Source of the DNA: Chlorokybus atmophyticus
Lineage: Eukaryota > Plantae > Mesostigma and Chlorokybus algae
Reading direction: 5' to 3'
DNA length: 64,000 bases
Assembly: GCA_009103225.1 (NCBI GenBank)
Contig: RHPI01002368.1
Span: 165,453 to 229,452 of the forward strand
Below, one piece after another: positions 26,619 to 39,622 of this stretch. The translations under genes and the position numbers were made by a program. Below the pieces are notes generated by a model, which saw nothing but the letters and a program-made list of their open reading frames with translations, was not told the origin of the DNA and searched no databases. How positions within the stretch are numbered: position 1 is the first letter of the stretch; every line of letters begins with the position of its first letter.

Positions 26619-29539
26619 TCAAGCGGAATCAAGGTCCTCTGTCCCAAATCCTATGTTCCAGAACCCGTCTGGTGTAGAGGGTGGCTTAAACGCGTGGCGG
26701 TGTCTCCCAACCTCCTGCCTGAAAGAGATACGCCCATGGAATACAGTTCATTCTGAGGGACAGTTCATTCTGAGGTACATGTGCAAGTTCTCTTCCATAA
26801 GTGCACCTGGACAGTGACCCAACACGCATCTCAGGTGCGATTGCAAGCATTCACGCACGTGAGGATGTGCGCGCGCACACAGGCACCCACATGTGCAAAG
26901 CTACAAAACATGCATTGTCTCGCACACATGCGTGCGCATGTACACCAGCATCTGACCACAATTGTACACATGCGCGTGCCTGAGGGTGTGGGCGCAAGTG
27001 TGGCCGGCATCCAGCGCGACAGCCTGATAGAACCCATGGCAGCAGTTGCAATGGTGAGCAGTGAGGGCCGCGCGCTCCGCTTTCTTCCGCACCGGCTCGA
27101 CATACTTGTACATTGGCCCGCGGGACGAAAACGGATGGAACTGCTTGCCTGCCGCAGCGCGCTCTTGCACGCCGAGCATGCGCACGCCGTTGCTGTTGTC
27201 GTTCTCGTCATTGACCTTTGAGGTCGACGCGAGGCAGGGCGATGAAGATGGCCGAGGAATGTGTGGGTTTTCAGCGCGTTGTCCTGGTGAGTGGCCAGGC
27301 ATTGATGCAGCTCGCAGTGAAAATGACAAATAACCAGCAGGAAGCAAGTACAGAGTGCGCAAGCAGCAAGACATGCAACATAAACTAAACCTACTATGGA
27401 CAAGCATTTTCCTACAGGCACAGATTGCATCATGAACACTTGTATGTGGCCTGACCAACGAGATTGTATCACAGTGTACAGCACACTTTTTGCAGCAAAC
27501 ACGTGCGCATATGCGCATGCTCACACACGTGCACATGAGCCATAAAGTCAGACAACGGTTGAGCTGGTGAACTGCAACTGACCTGGCAGCTGCAGATTTC
27601 TCTCGACCACTGACCCGCCTTTGTGTCCACGCTGCTGCTCTCTCACATCCATCATCGGTGGTGAGGACGTCAAAGATGGTGGTGGCGGCGGTGGCGTAAG
27701 AAGCATGAAGTCCGTGTCAACAATGCTGCTGCCCATGCCTTTGCTCGCTTTGCTGCGCCACGACTTGCTTGCCGGCCGCATTGTGGCCGGCACTGATTTC
27801 CCGCGCTGCACTGCGGTTACTGTTGTTGTTGTTGTTGGGCGTGGTGGTGGTGTGTCACGTGCCTCATGCTGCACGACGTGCGCCACTCGTGATTGCCGGC
27901 TATGATTTTCGCCGACACTGCTGCTGGTGCCCTCCTCTGTTGGTGTCAGTGATACTAAGTGACATTGTGCCCTAAAACAACCTCAGCGTGTGTTGTCTTG
28001 ATACATTGATTTCTGACACTTAATTACAATTATTTGGCTGGATTGTACAGCACAGAACATCATGGCCAGTTGAGTACGTACATGCAATAGTGTAAGTCCC
28101 TATAAGTTGAACTTCAGCGTCAGTATGAGTACAGTTGCATACATGAACGAGCGCACCAAAAGCTGAATGATATTACAAGTACTAACCAGCACTGCAAGAT
28201 TGAGATGTTATCACAACACACTCGCATTCTGAACGCAAGTGCATGGAACCGTATATATTGGGCAAATAGTGACTCACTCGTGTTGGTTGGCTTCGTGACC
28301 TCCACAGCCACGGAGGTGATGGAACCTGACGGCTCTTCCTGATGCTCCTTTGACTGAAGCGCCTTTACCGGCAGCTGAGTGAGATCCGGGTCTCCAAGGC
28401 AATCTGGCAATGACAACGCCGGCTGCACCCTGCGACTGAAATTACACAACACCAATAGTTGGGGACAGTTGTAACGTTGTTTGCCACACTGTGACATACT
28501 AGATCACATTCATAGCAAGCACTTACATCACCAACGCAAGCTACCTTAACATACCGCGGTGGCAAAGGTAACACTGCAGTGGTGACCGCAACAACATCAT
28601 CGAGAAGCTTCTCTTCGTCACGCTTGCCATCATCAACTCCATCGTCATCTGATGATAAGCGCCGTTTCTTCTGCACACTCAACTCCTCCTCCTTCTCCTC
28701 CTTGTCCTGCTTAATGTTGTGTTCCTTCTTCTCTACTTCCTCCTCAAGCAGTCTTCTCAATCTTTCGTTGTCCCGTCGAAGTGCAGTGCACTCAGACTTG
28801 GCGTGCTCGCACTCTTCGCGCTCGTCACGACGACGCTGAGTCAGCAGCACGGAGTCTTGCTTTCGCTCGTCCAGCTGGCGAAGAAGAGCGCGCTGCTCGC
28901 ACTCCGCCTCGCGCAACCTGGCCTCCAACTGGATTACCTGAAAATAGGGTGAGTTGAATTTAATCGTAGTGTGGACTAACTTGTGTATATCGGATGGTTG
29001 GGAAGGCGTGCGAGCAAGTGTGCAGAGGCAGTGCAAGAGCCTACACTGATCGTTGGTGGTATATAGGTGCACGCGCCAATGGATATGCAGTGAGTAACTG
29101 AACTTGCTGCCTATCTCACGAGCCACGGTCGAGCGTGTGGGTTTGTGCAATGACAATGCACATGATGTTGTGAAGTACTTGGCATGGTAACGAAAATGAA
29201 CGAACATGCAGTTCAGAAACTATGCACACATGCTTCAGGAACTCTACCTCAAGCGACATACAGAATTCGCATTGTAATGTAGTGCGTGCCTGTAAGCAAG
29301 TAGCAAAATTGCCGTCTCTAACCCTAATGCTGATGACCACAATGCTTGTTTCCCACGCTTGCACATGTTCCACGTGTCCATACCTTGGCCTCCATTGTTT
29401 CGACGCAATCCACAAACGCAAACAGCTTTTCGGCGACCTTCTGAGCGAGGCGCCTGGCCATGTGCACACCGCCTGCTCCGCCGCCAGCAGCACCACCGTC
29501 TCGGTCACCGCCGCCGCTGTCGCCAAAGACGGCTGGCAT
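26619..29539 (-). CDS. COM1: CtIP/Sae2/COM1 DNA end-resection factor
   Basis: N-terminal coiled coil (IQLEARLREAECEQRALLRQLDER...). C-terminal domain YKYVEPVRKKAERAALTAHHCNCCHGFYQAV. Last exon 26718-26619 reads QEVGRHRHAFKPPSTPDGFWNIGFGTEDLDSA*, containing the RHR and TPxGFW hallmarks. The start ATG at 29539 is inferred. Confidence 0.88.
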
Positions 29540-30611
29540 GTCTGCACCGCCATGAGCCAAGGGTCTGCGCCTGCGCCCTGCCGTGTCCAACCACCTCCAC
29601 CCCTTCCTCCCCCGTCCTCTCCTCCTCCTCCCTGGCTGCCTCCTCCACCAGCTGGCGTCGGTGGGGGCAGCGGCGGCAGCAGCGGTTTGAATATTTGATT
29701 TTTGGCGGGTGATTAGGGTTTGGCGCGTAGTTGTTATAAGCATACTGCCCACTCCAGTTTGCTCTTGATATAAGGAGGACCTTGTTGCAGCCCCCGTTTC
29801 ATGATCACCAATCAAGCAATGACAATCGCATTTGCGGCACGCGCTGCAATTCGACGGTCAGTAGCAAAATGCCAACGCTGCTTCGCATCGGATGACATGC
29901 GCGTCTTGATAGTGGTGCATACAGTAGTGTGTAGTTGGCAGCCACCTTGGCACATAGGCTGCGGCAGTAAACGACAAATTGCAGGACAGTGATGCCCGTT
30001 AAAGCAGCCCCATTAACCGACTTGGAGGCGAGTCCGCTTCGAATCCGATGGCATTGCGTGTATACACGTCAACAGCACCCCATCCATGCATCAAGCACCA
30101 CGTCCGCACTGCCACGTAGCGAGTCTTGAGCGTCAAGTGTTGGTGCATTCAAACGGCACAAGGTTATCACAAGCTGTTTGCTGCCCGTCTGAACAACTGA
30201 AGTAATCCATGTGACAGTCTGCGTGTGACACTAAGTCACGGCGTAGCCTGACCGTATTCCTGCTTGTGCTGTGCACTGGCAGTGAACACGCTTAGAAGCA
30301 AAGATAACATTGAAGCTGAAAACGAACTTCCGAATCTCGGAAACTCTAAAAACACACTTTTTTGTGACTACACCTTCTTGAGCTCGAGATTGAACTGCAA
30401 ATGCATGTGAACGAACTACCACACATCCAACCTCTTCGTAATCGCACTTGTTCGAAGCATAACCTCAATCAAAGCACATTCTTTTTTAAAACCAACATGC
30501 ACCAGGCAAATGACTCCCCTATCCAACTGTCGCACTCGATGTAAGCACCCTTCATAAGTGCCTTTTGTGACTATTAAAAAGGTAATTCTGTCGCCTTAAG
30601 ATTACGCGTTT

Positions 30612-31030
30612 TATGGTATACACATGTTTACATATATATTGTTATATACACATGTATACAACATATAAAACTATGTGCATGAACATGCATGTGCAAATAG
30701 GTACATACTCATGTATACATACACATATACGCATCTTAATACGCACGTGTATCTTTACATATGCACGTGATATAAAAGCTATAGATATACGTAAGCTTTA
30801 AACATATATTTACATGCATACATAAACACATGTATACGTGTGAGTGTACATAGACATATGTATATATACATATATACATATATACATATATGTATGTATA
30901 CATTTCATGCATATCCATATATATGCGTATAAAAATAAAGTCTATATTTATATATACATGTATATATATGTATATGCATGAAATGTATACATAGATATGT
31001 GTATATGTATATGCACATGTGTATATATGC
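30612..31030. repeat. AT-rich alternating purine-pyrimidine low-complexity tract (TA/CA/TG)
   Basis: Runs such as TATATATACATATATACATATATACATATATG. Confidence 0.85.
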
Positions 31031-32199
31031 AGCAAATTCCCTCGATCTGAGCACAAAGCGTGCTTGAAACGACGTACATTTGCAAGAGTCACAATCATCA
31101 TCGGGACTATGGTTGGTTTTCGTGGTTATATGCCCAATTTTGATCCAAAGTCGCGGCTTCCATCGCCCGCTACTGCCCCCTGCAGACGTCCGCACCATTC
31201 ATGGTTATATATAGTTTTTCGCGGTAAGTACAACACATGCCACATCATACATGACGATGTCTCGCAAGTGGTCTTACACATGCTCATCTGAACATACACA
31301 TGCGCACACTTACAAGTTTTATGTTAGCTGCTTACCAGTGCATGCACAGTCGATGTGTAAGGCTCTTAAGCTCAGAGCCGGGTCGCAGACTGGGATCCTC
31401 AGCATAGGAGCCATGAGTGCGTTCAGCAACAGTGTCCAAACACACATGAAAAAGAGCAATCGCTTGCAACCATATTATCATGCCATACTAGAACATGGAA
31501 CCCATCGTCATCTATAGATGAGAGTTCCATAAGCCTTGCTTTATGCTGATGGCTGACTCCGGAGTGCAAAGTCCATCTGCACAGATCACATGTCATAGTG
31601 TGACATGTGATATGTACACATGAACTTTGCACTTTGAATCAACACCCAACGGTGCAGTCACGTACAACAACACAACAGCAATTGAAGGCGTGTACAAAGC
31701 GGCCCGCAACTAGCACATGCACACCAACGCAATGCAAGCGTCAGTACAGCTACCCATGGCCCAAGGCCCAACCGAGTTGCATCGTCACTGCTAATGAAGC
31801 CGTGGGCTAAGCTTACGGCTCTGATGCGGCATGAGACAATAGCATGGCGTGTATCATGCACTGCATGCAATGGATGTTTTGCATGTACAACATAGCTGAT
31901 GCGCATGGCAACGAATGCATGTGATGCAATTGTAGTAAGTCACTACTACTAGATTACTTTGTAACGCTGATATCAATATCCATGTGACGATTCGACACTC
32001 ATTTACTTACTGGATGGCTTGGTAAACAAAAGCACAAGCATTTAAACTTACAACACCTGGAAGATGGACGTCGATCCCATTGAGTCCGCAAGCCTAAACT
32101 CTTCCGGGACACGAAGGAATTCCTTCAAGGATAACGACCACACACTCACCTTTTAATCTCAATGTTTACAGAGACACACACACACACACACGCTCCCTG

Positions 32200-33434
32200 A
32201 TATATTAAATAATAGCGCAAGCTCCTTAATAGCTACTAAGTAGGCACCCCAGAAATGGTAAGCTAGCAGTGCACACATGTTATCCCCATTGATAGCTGCA
32301 ACTCAGCCGATGTAGTACATACCCCATGTTGCTCTCCAACCTGGCACACACGTTAATGAATGGCTCACACAAGCCTTGAAAGTGTGCGCCAATATGTCAG
32401 CACATGCTGACATATGGTACGAAACTTCAACATGCACATCTCATAACGGTACCTTGTTAATGTCATATGACACATCACCTTATGCCTTGGGGACATCTTA
32501 TAAAGCCTATGGAGGTGATTGAACATCAATTGCCACTAGCAGTGTCACGCCTGTAATGCTAGCAATAATCATTCTCTTTTCCTTGCTCATGTTATCAAAT
32601 GACATCATGATAACATGGTTATGACTCATAAGCATGTGTAGTGCTCATGAGGTGTGCTTTCATGTAGGTCTACTCTTGAGCCTATATGGCCCTGGGTGTG
32701 ATGATTTACACAATGCATTGATGAGGGCTAGCACAGAGCTGGTCTATACCTGAGGCCTTTGACTCAAACTTGTGAGTTGCCACATGATGTGACAGCTTCA
32801 ACCAAGTAGGCAAAGTTGGCAAACCACATGATTATACTGTGGTAGTGCGATTTGCAATTGTGGTGATAGTCGCAAGGGCTAGTGATGCCTGTGGGCAATC
32901 CGCAAGTACTACTGTACTGTACTAGGAGAGCCGATGTTTATAGATTAAGGTAGGATTATTCCTTCTACGCAAAATTTAAAAAGTTTGATATGCCGTAACC
33001 TAATGTCTTGGGTTGAACAAGGTCAGCTTATGCTGATAGGTTAGCGCTCAGTGACAAGGCTTTAGACAACCTGTGTGGTCCGGAGAGCGGCAAGTGGTTA
33101 AAACTTCACGGCTTGGTAGCCACCATTAGTAGAGCTCGAAAAGTGTTCACCTTTTGAGGGCCATCTGTGCATAAGTTGCCTGGCTAGTAGCTGTTGAAGG
33201 GGCTCTCCCCTCATCCCTTGCGGCGTGTGGGGTAGTGAGTGTGGTTGTGTTAGGCGTGGGTGTGCCTGGGGCTGGAGTTGTGTGGAAAGGTTGGTGGTCA
33301 TCCTCTCCTTCCTTGATGCGCTCCTGCAACTTCCCCTGCACCGTGGTGGTGGTGGGACTTTCGCTGTAAGTATCAAGGGCTTGTGCATAAGTTTGCCAAA
33401 CCCCGACCGGCAAGTAAGAATTGGTATCATTACA
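32200..33434 (+). mobile_element. Decayed Ty3/Gypsy-like retrotransposon 3' end (copy B, uninterrupted)
   Basis: Inverted homologue of 18952-22160. Shared blocks include CTTACTTGC(T/C)GGTCGGGG(C/T)TTGGCA, CAAGGGATGAGGGG(G/A)GAGCCCCTTCAACAG and GACCAGCTCTGTGCT. Putative LTR 33166-33434 (TGTGCA...ATTACA). The coding remnant has many stops. Confidence 0.55.
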
Positions 33435-35846
33435 CTGTAAATGCTATTCACAATTAACTTAGCCAGCTGGTTATTAAGGTGTAGTGGTACCACCTGCTTT
33501 AAGGCTGGGGCCAAACCTAGGTTAGGGCATGATCGAACGAATAAAAATCAAAAAATTAAACGGTATTGTTATTTTGAAGTTCATATAACCTTGTTTTGTT
33601 CTTGTAGGAGAGAACAAGCGGTATTCATAAGTCATACAGCGAACGAACCATTAATAACGATTGAAACTATGAATAAATCTTTGGTACAGTTACATGAAAT
33701 ATATCACAATGCATACATTAATTAACACAATCACATGCATCATCCAACACGAAGCATTGCATCATCAATGGCATATATTTTGCTACGCAAAATATATATG
33801 AAAGCCAGTTATGGACATTGATGTGACGTCAAGTCACGCTGCGTCACATGGTACGCATAGTCACGCATTAATACAGCGTGACTGCAAAAGGGTTCTTTCG
33901 TATATGCACCATGCATAGAGAATGAACATGATGAAACGTTCTTTCGACCCTGATTTTGTTCTATTTTCTTACCATTGATGTAAAAACGAATACAGATTGT
34001 TCTCTGTTGATTCTTTTGTAACTTTTATGTCTCAGCCATCACCTACTCACAGCAGTCAGTTTATTGTCTTTATCTTCATGACAATAGTCATACATATCAA
34101 TTGCCACTCACCAGCTCAAAACTACTCTAAGCGTACTATACATTGCACTCTTTGTTACAGAACATTATAGCATTGTAACATAAGGCATAACGCTCACATG
34201 GCCATAGATATTGACCAGCTTTGTGCTAAAAGATTTGAATGCCAAGTAGTAATATGTGCAAATAAATAAACAGATGAGGACGTGTCCATGCCATGTACAC
34301 ATTCAATAAAAGTGAAAAAGCCATTATGTGACAAACGATAATAATATACAGTTCACATTTCAATAGCTTAATTGTACTAATAAAATAAGTAACGGAATGA
34401 CTTTTGTCAGCCTGGCCTACATGGCATGTAGGCGCCTTAATAGTGTTAAACTTGTCGCAAGCTGAACACTAGGCTTATGATGAGCCCTTGCCATTTCAAT
34501 TCCACAATTTAACAAAAGTTCAACATCGTTGTGACTGTTACAAAATAAGTGTAGCTTATCAACTATGGTAAATAAAAGACCTTTTACTTGGTAGCGCTTG
34601 GACTTAAATGTTGTGTAAGGCTCTGCTTGCATCTTGCGTAATTGAATGCAATTTGGCCTACCGGAGTGTAAGCTATTACCTTTAAAAGAAAACTCTTTAT
34701 CTCACAGAACATGTGTGCACATGCCTTTGTGTATGATATGTGTGCGTGTATACGTTGCCATTGTTTGCGGTGCTTTAAGAGGGTGCGTGTCGTTACTGCG
34801 ACGATGCAGCATGCGAGCTTTGACATGTGCATTCCATGTGCGGGGGTCAAAAATTTTAATTATCTTAAGTAAACGGCATAGTTGATAGTAATTTATGTTT
34901 AACTTGCTTGCGTTTTGCAAGGGGACTCGCATCTTTTTTGCGTTTACCTACCTCGTGTGATGAAAGATGATGCGATATCATGATATTGTCTCATGATACA
35001 TATTATCATGCGTACATATATGATAAAAGGTTTACAATGAATGTCATTTGACATAATCATGTCAAATTTCTCTTGATAAGCAACAAATAACTACAAGGAC
35101 AACATCATTGATGCAAAGCCAAATTGTGCTCTCATAGGCTATGACTCTTATTGCTAACATCCCTGCCATGCAAGATCATGTCATGGCAGCGCTTTGAGCT
35201 CAGGATGCAAAGCAAGTCTCTTCGGAGCATGAACGATCTTGATATTTCGTGAAGTGTCTTGAGTCAAGAGACTCTGACAGGGAGCGGCGTGACGGTCATG
35301 AACCGGATAGGGCCTGTGTGTGACAGCACTGCAGTAGTACCTTCTGTGTGCAAGCGCTCGCTAGTCGCGACCCGCCTCACCGACACGGCACTCCGACAGC
35401 AGCACGCATGCGCCGACAGCGCGTTCAGTGAGTCCTCAGTGCGTGTCCGCCCCGCGCCACACGCGTCCCAATCGCCAATGGAGCAGGCTATACTCGACCC
35501 TCGGTTCCCCATCTAACCGAGACTCGTTCACGACATAGCCGTGGAAAAAGGGTCAACTTGAACCGTGCCACTGACCTGACTTGTGATAAACACGCGACTG
35601 GGTAGTTATTTCAGGGCAGTAAAGTGGTTAGTGCGACCCACGCTAACCGAGGCTTGGCACGTGCTGTCGCAAGGCGCTTTCTTGCCAAGTTCGATATCGG
35701 TACCAAAGCGCAATAAGCAGTCAAAGGGTTGCTCCTTTGTGTCAATATCGCGTCTGCTGTCGGTTGCATATAGTGTTGCACTTCACATGCAAATGGTGTA
35801 GCATGCACTGAACAGACAGCCACCACCTGTCTGTGTGTGGCTTGCA

Positions 35847-38800
35847 ATGGCGGCGGCGGCGGCGGCGATGGACAGGCCATGGCTGAGGGTGTTGCTGTGG
35901 GTAACCTTTGCGCTTATTGCCATGTGGGAGATCTTCTCCATCTGGCTTCGGCCCACCGACTGGTACAGAGACAAAAGAGGCGAGGTGTCTGATGCCTTGG
36001 ACACCACTCTATTTGACAAATACGGTGAGTGTCCATCCTTGCATGTGCTAACAGTACACACACACATACAATGCCTGTGCATGCGGCCAATGTTGTGTGT
36101 TTGGTTCTCCCTGCAGAGGACGACCAGCTTGTGTACGTCTGGCCGATCCTCGCCTTTGCATGCCTGGCTGGCCCCATGCTGAAGTTGGCCAGAAGGAGGG
36201 ACCAAACTCCTCAGCAAGTTGCCGGAGCAGAGAGAGGAGAGTCTCATGTGTGGCATGTCACAAAGAGGGTGTGGAGACACCACATCAAGGTTCCCTTCAT
36301 CGGCCTCGTCACCGTGGCGGAGGTGGTCCTCGTGTTCGTCATCCTCCTTGGGTGCTTTGTGGTCTACTATCCCATCTATCAAGACGTCAAGAGTGCTCAG
36401 AGATACGACGCCTTCGATGAGAAACAGAAGGAGAAGGCTGGCTCAAGGGTGGACTACATGTGGGAGAGGATGCTGATCTACTTCGCCCTCTCTGCCACAT
36501 ACACACTCACCTTCTCCTTCGTACCACTGGCACGCGGCTCACCACTGCTAAAACTGCTGAACCTGCCATACGAGTACGCCGTCAGATACCACAGGTGAGA
36601 ACAAACGTACGTGCATGCATGCGTACACCCACATCCACATGCCCTTGCGCGTGCACGCGCATACCCACCCACACCCACACCCACACCCGCACCCACACCC
36701 TCATATGCGCGCGCGCACGTTCACACGCACGCCCACACACATACGCCTACACACGTAGATATTCAGTCAATGCTCCTGTCTGGTACACGACAACTGTGTG
36801 TGTGTGTGTGTGTGTGCGCATGCAAACACACGCACATGCAGTCAACATGCTGTCTCCTGTCTGCCACAAGTCCCTGCGCTAAACCCTGTTTTGTTCCCAA
36901 CAGGTGGCTGAACAGAGTCTTCTTCTGGTTTGCAACCATCCACGCCTTTGGTTTCTGGATCCTTTGGATCAAAGAGGGTCACTTGGGTCACAACATTGTC
37001 CAATGGGCACCCGAGGAGACCTCCCACGGATACCTTACCGGGGAGCTGGCTTACTTGTGCCTGTTGGTGATGTTCATCACCTCCACAGATTGGTGTCGAA
37101 GACGCTACTACAACTTGTTCTACCAAGCTCATCGCTTGTGGATACCGATGATAGTCTTCTTGTGCATGCACTACAACGCCGTGGCGCACTATGCTTACGC
37201 GGGCGTGTCGATGTATATCATCGACAAGATCATCCGATATCTGCAGTCTACCGAAATCGTCTCGGCGCGGATATCACAAGCTGGAGCAGACATCACTCAG
37301 CTGGAGATCGACATCGACCCCGCGGTGAGACAGCGATATCGACCGCTACAGATCGTGGACATCTGCGTCCCGGCAGTATCGCAGATGCAGTTTCATCCAT
37401 TCACTGTGAGTGATGTGAAGAGTGGGAGTGAAGGAAGCACACTCACACTCTTCATCAAGCACTATGGGAAGTGGACTTCACGCCTGCACGCGCTCGCAGC
37501 AGATGCCAAAGGGAGAGATATATGCGTGCGTGTCACCGGGCTATACGGCCTCGATGACATCAGCTCCTACTCCAAGTAAGAACTCTGTATATCTACTCTC
37601 TGCATGTGTGTGTGTGTGTGGCTCAACGTCTGTCTTTGCATGTGTCAGTCACTGCCTGTTGTAGTCTATGTGTGCGTATGTGTGTACGCGCGTGTGTCTG
37701 CGTGCGTGCTTACACGCATGCGTGCGTGGGTGTGTGCATCTGCGTGCTCGTGTGCATGCATGTGTGTATGTGTCACTCAGTGTCTCACACCACTGTTGTA
37801 CACGACTTAGTCACTTCTCACACAGGTCCCCCCACGTCCTCTTAGTTGGTGGTGGCATCGGCATCACCCCACTCTACTCCTTGTTGCGTGGCTTCGCTCG
37901 CTGTTCATCCTCCTCCACACTCCAGTCCATCTCACTCGTGTGGGCCGTGAGACACAAGTCCGAGACCTCCCGCATGTTGGACGGCATCCAACACGCCGTA
38001 GCGAGACTCAAGGCGAAGGGCGTGAGGGCGAAAGCGCACGTGTTTGTGACGAGAGAGAGCGGGGAGGAGGAGGGGAGAGGAACACAGCCTGTGGATCTGG
38101 CCATTGATGTTGTGGGTGGGAGTGAGAGCAAAGTGAGGACATCAGGACAGCTAAGGACGCCGTATAGCGAGAGAGCGCAGAGAGTCAACCTGTCGCCGGC
38201 ATTCTACGCAAGTGAGTACTGCAGTAGTGTGTGTGTGTGTGCGCGTGTGCGTTCGTGTGTTGTGTGTAGCTTGCATGGGTGCAAGCATCGCTGAATGTGT
38301 GTATGTGTCTGTAGTTTACTGCACTCTGTGCATGTGCATGTGCATGCGTGCATGATGTGAGGTGGCACACACACTCTCTCTGCATCCACGCCCATATTTC
38401 TCCTCTCTCTCTAACCCCACATACCCGCCCACGCACGCAGCTGCCTTGATGGGTTCCTACATCGGTTTCCTGGGCCTCCTCGCCCTCTTCGTCCGTCTCA
38501 TCATCTACCCTTTCGAGAACACTTCAGAAGAAGAGGAGAGGCGGTTCTACCCGTGGGTCCAGGGAACCATCTATGCATTCGCCATGTTTGCGGGGCCCGT
38601 GCTTGTCGGGGGGGCGGTGTTGCTCTATGCGCACGGGAAAGAGAGGAGTGTAGAGGGTGGGAAGGGTGGAATCCAACTTGACGAGGAGGAAGAGGAGTTG
38701 TGCGAGGGTGTGGTGGTGGGTGGGGGCAAGGAGGCGTATGTGGAGTTCTCGTATGGAGGGAGGCCCAACGTGAATGGTAAGCATACGTGTGCATGTGTAT

Positions 38801-39104
38801 ATGTGTGTATGTATGTATGTGTGCATGCACGTGCACACGCACACGTACAGTTCTGACTCCCATGTGTTCCTGTCCCCACACAGAGATCCTCAAGGATGTT
38901 GTTGCAGCGGACCTCGACTCCCCCTCCTCCTCTCTCCGCAGCAACATTAGCATCAACAACACCACCAACAAGAAGCGCACCCTCACGGTCGTGTCGAGCG
39001 GGCCCGACAGACTCGTGCGCGCGGCGTGCCGGTGCGCGCAGAAGAGAGACAACGTGCCGGAAGATGTGGAGGTGTACTTTAACCATGCGAGCTTTGATAT
39101 GTGA
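35847..39104 (+). CDS. FRO: Ferric-chelate reductase (FRO family, NOX/flavocytochrome b); 6 exons
   Basis: Phase-consistent exons 35847-36024, 36117-36594, 36904-37575, 37826-38211, 38441-38776, 38884-39104. Haem-ligand His pairs (RYHRW...TIH; QAHRL...CMH), FAD motif HPFTV, NADPH motif LVGGGIGITP, and the SGP near the C-terminus are all present. Confidence 0.93.
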
Positions 39105-39622
39105 AGAGGATGTGGGGATGTCCCTCTCTCTCCTGCTATATAGCCAGAAGAAGTGTATCGTTGTATACAGCGCTTATGAGTATGTGTTGCGTACTTTGGG
39201 TAGTCACGCTTTTTGTGCGGTTGCGGTGGTAGTTGGTTGTTGTAGTTATTTATGATAAGAGGTTGAGAGGCACAGACTCGTTGCATAGGTGGTTGGTACG
39301 TGCGCAGCGCTTTGATGCCCACTAGGCGGATTATATAGTTGTTTACTTTGCTGGCGCCTAGTCTCTCTCATGGCAGAGTGTGTGTGCGCAACGCACACTC
39401 TTTCTCCCTGCGCGCGCGCGCGTGTGTGTGTGTGTGCGTGCGAGTGCATGCGCCCGTGCGCGTGTGACGTGCAAGTGTGTGCACATGCTACTCTTTCTCC
39501 CACACACACACACGCGCACGCACACAGGCACGCCTGCACGCCCGCACACACACCCACACACTTGATGTCCAATGCATGTTATGTTCAGCAGGCTGCTTAG
39601 TGTATCTACAGAGCCTATGCAG

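Noticed and set aside
26562-26756. Plus-strand ORF as a further exon of the A_thal_3526 gene
   Set aside because: It is antisense to the highly conserved last COM1 exon and is best explained as its shadow.
30036-30047. tRNA/SINE B-box-like GCTTCGAATCCG
   Set aside because: No A-box at suitable spacing and no cloverleaf.
32380-32440. SWIM zinc-finger-like CAC*SFVPYVSMC*H on the minus strand (MULE transposase relic)
   Set aside because: It has two in-frame stops, overlaps an 11-bp palindrome, and lies antisense to the inferred coding strand of the Gypsy-like copy B; likely a chance match.
33500-35250. AT-rich block as a possible organellar or viral insert
   Set aside because: No recognisable gene, RNA or motif; only short unidentifiable ORFs.
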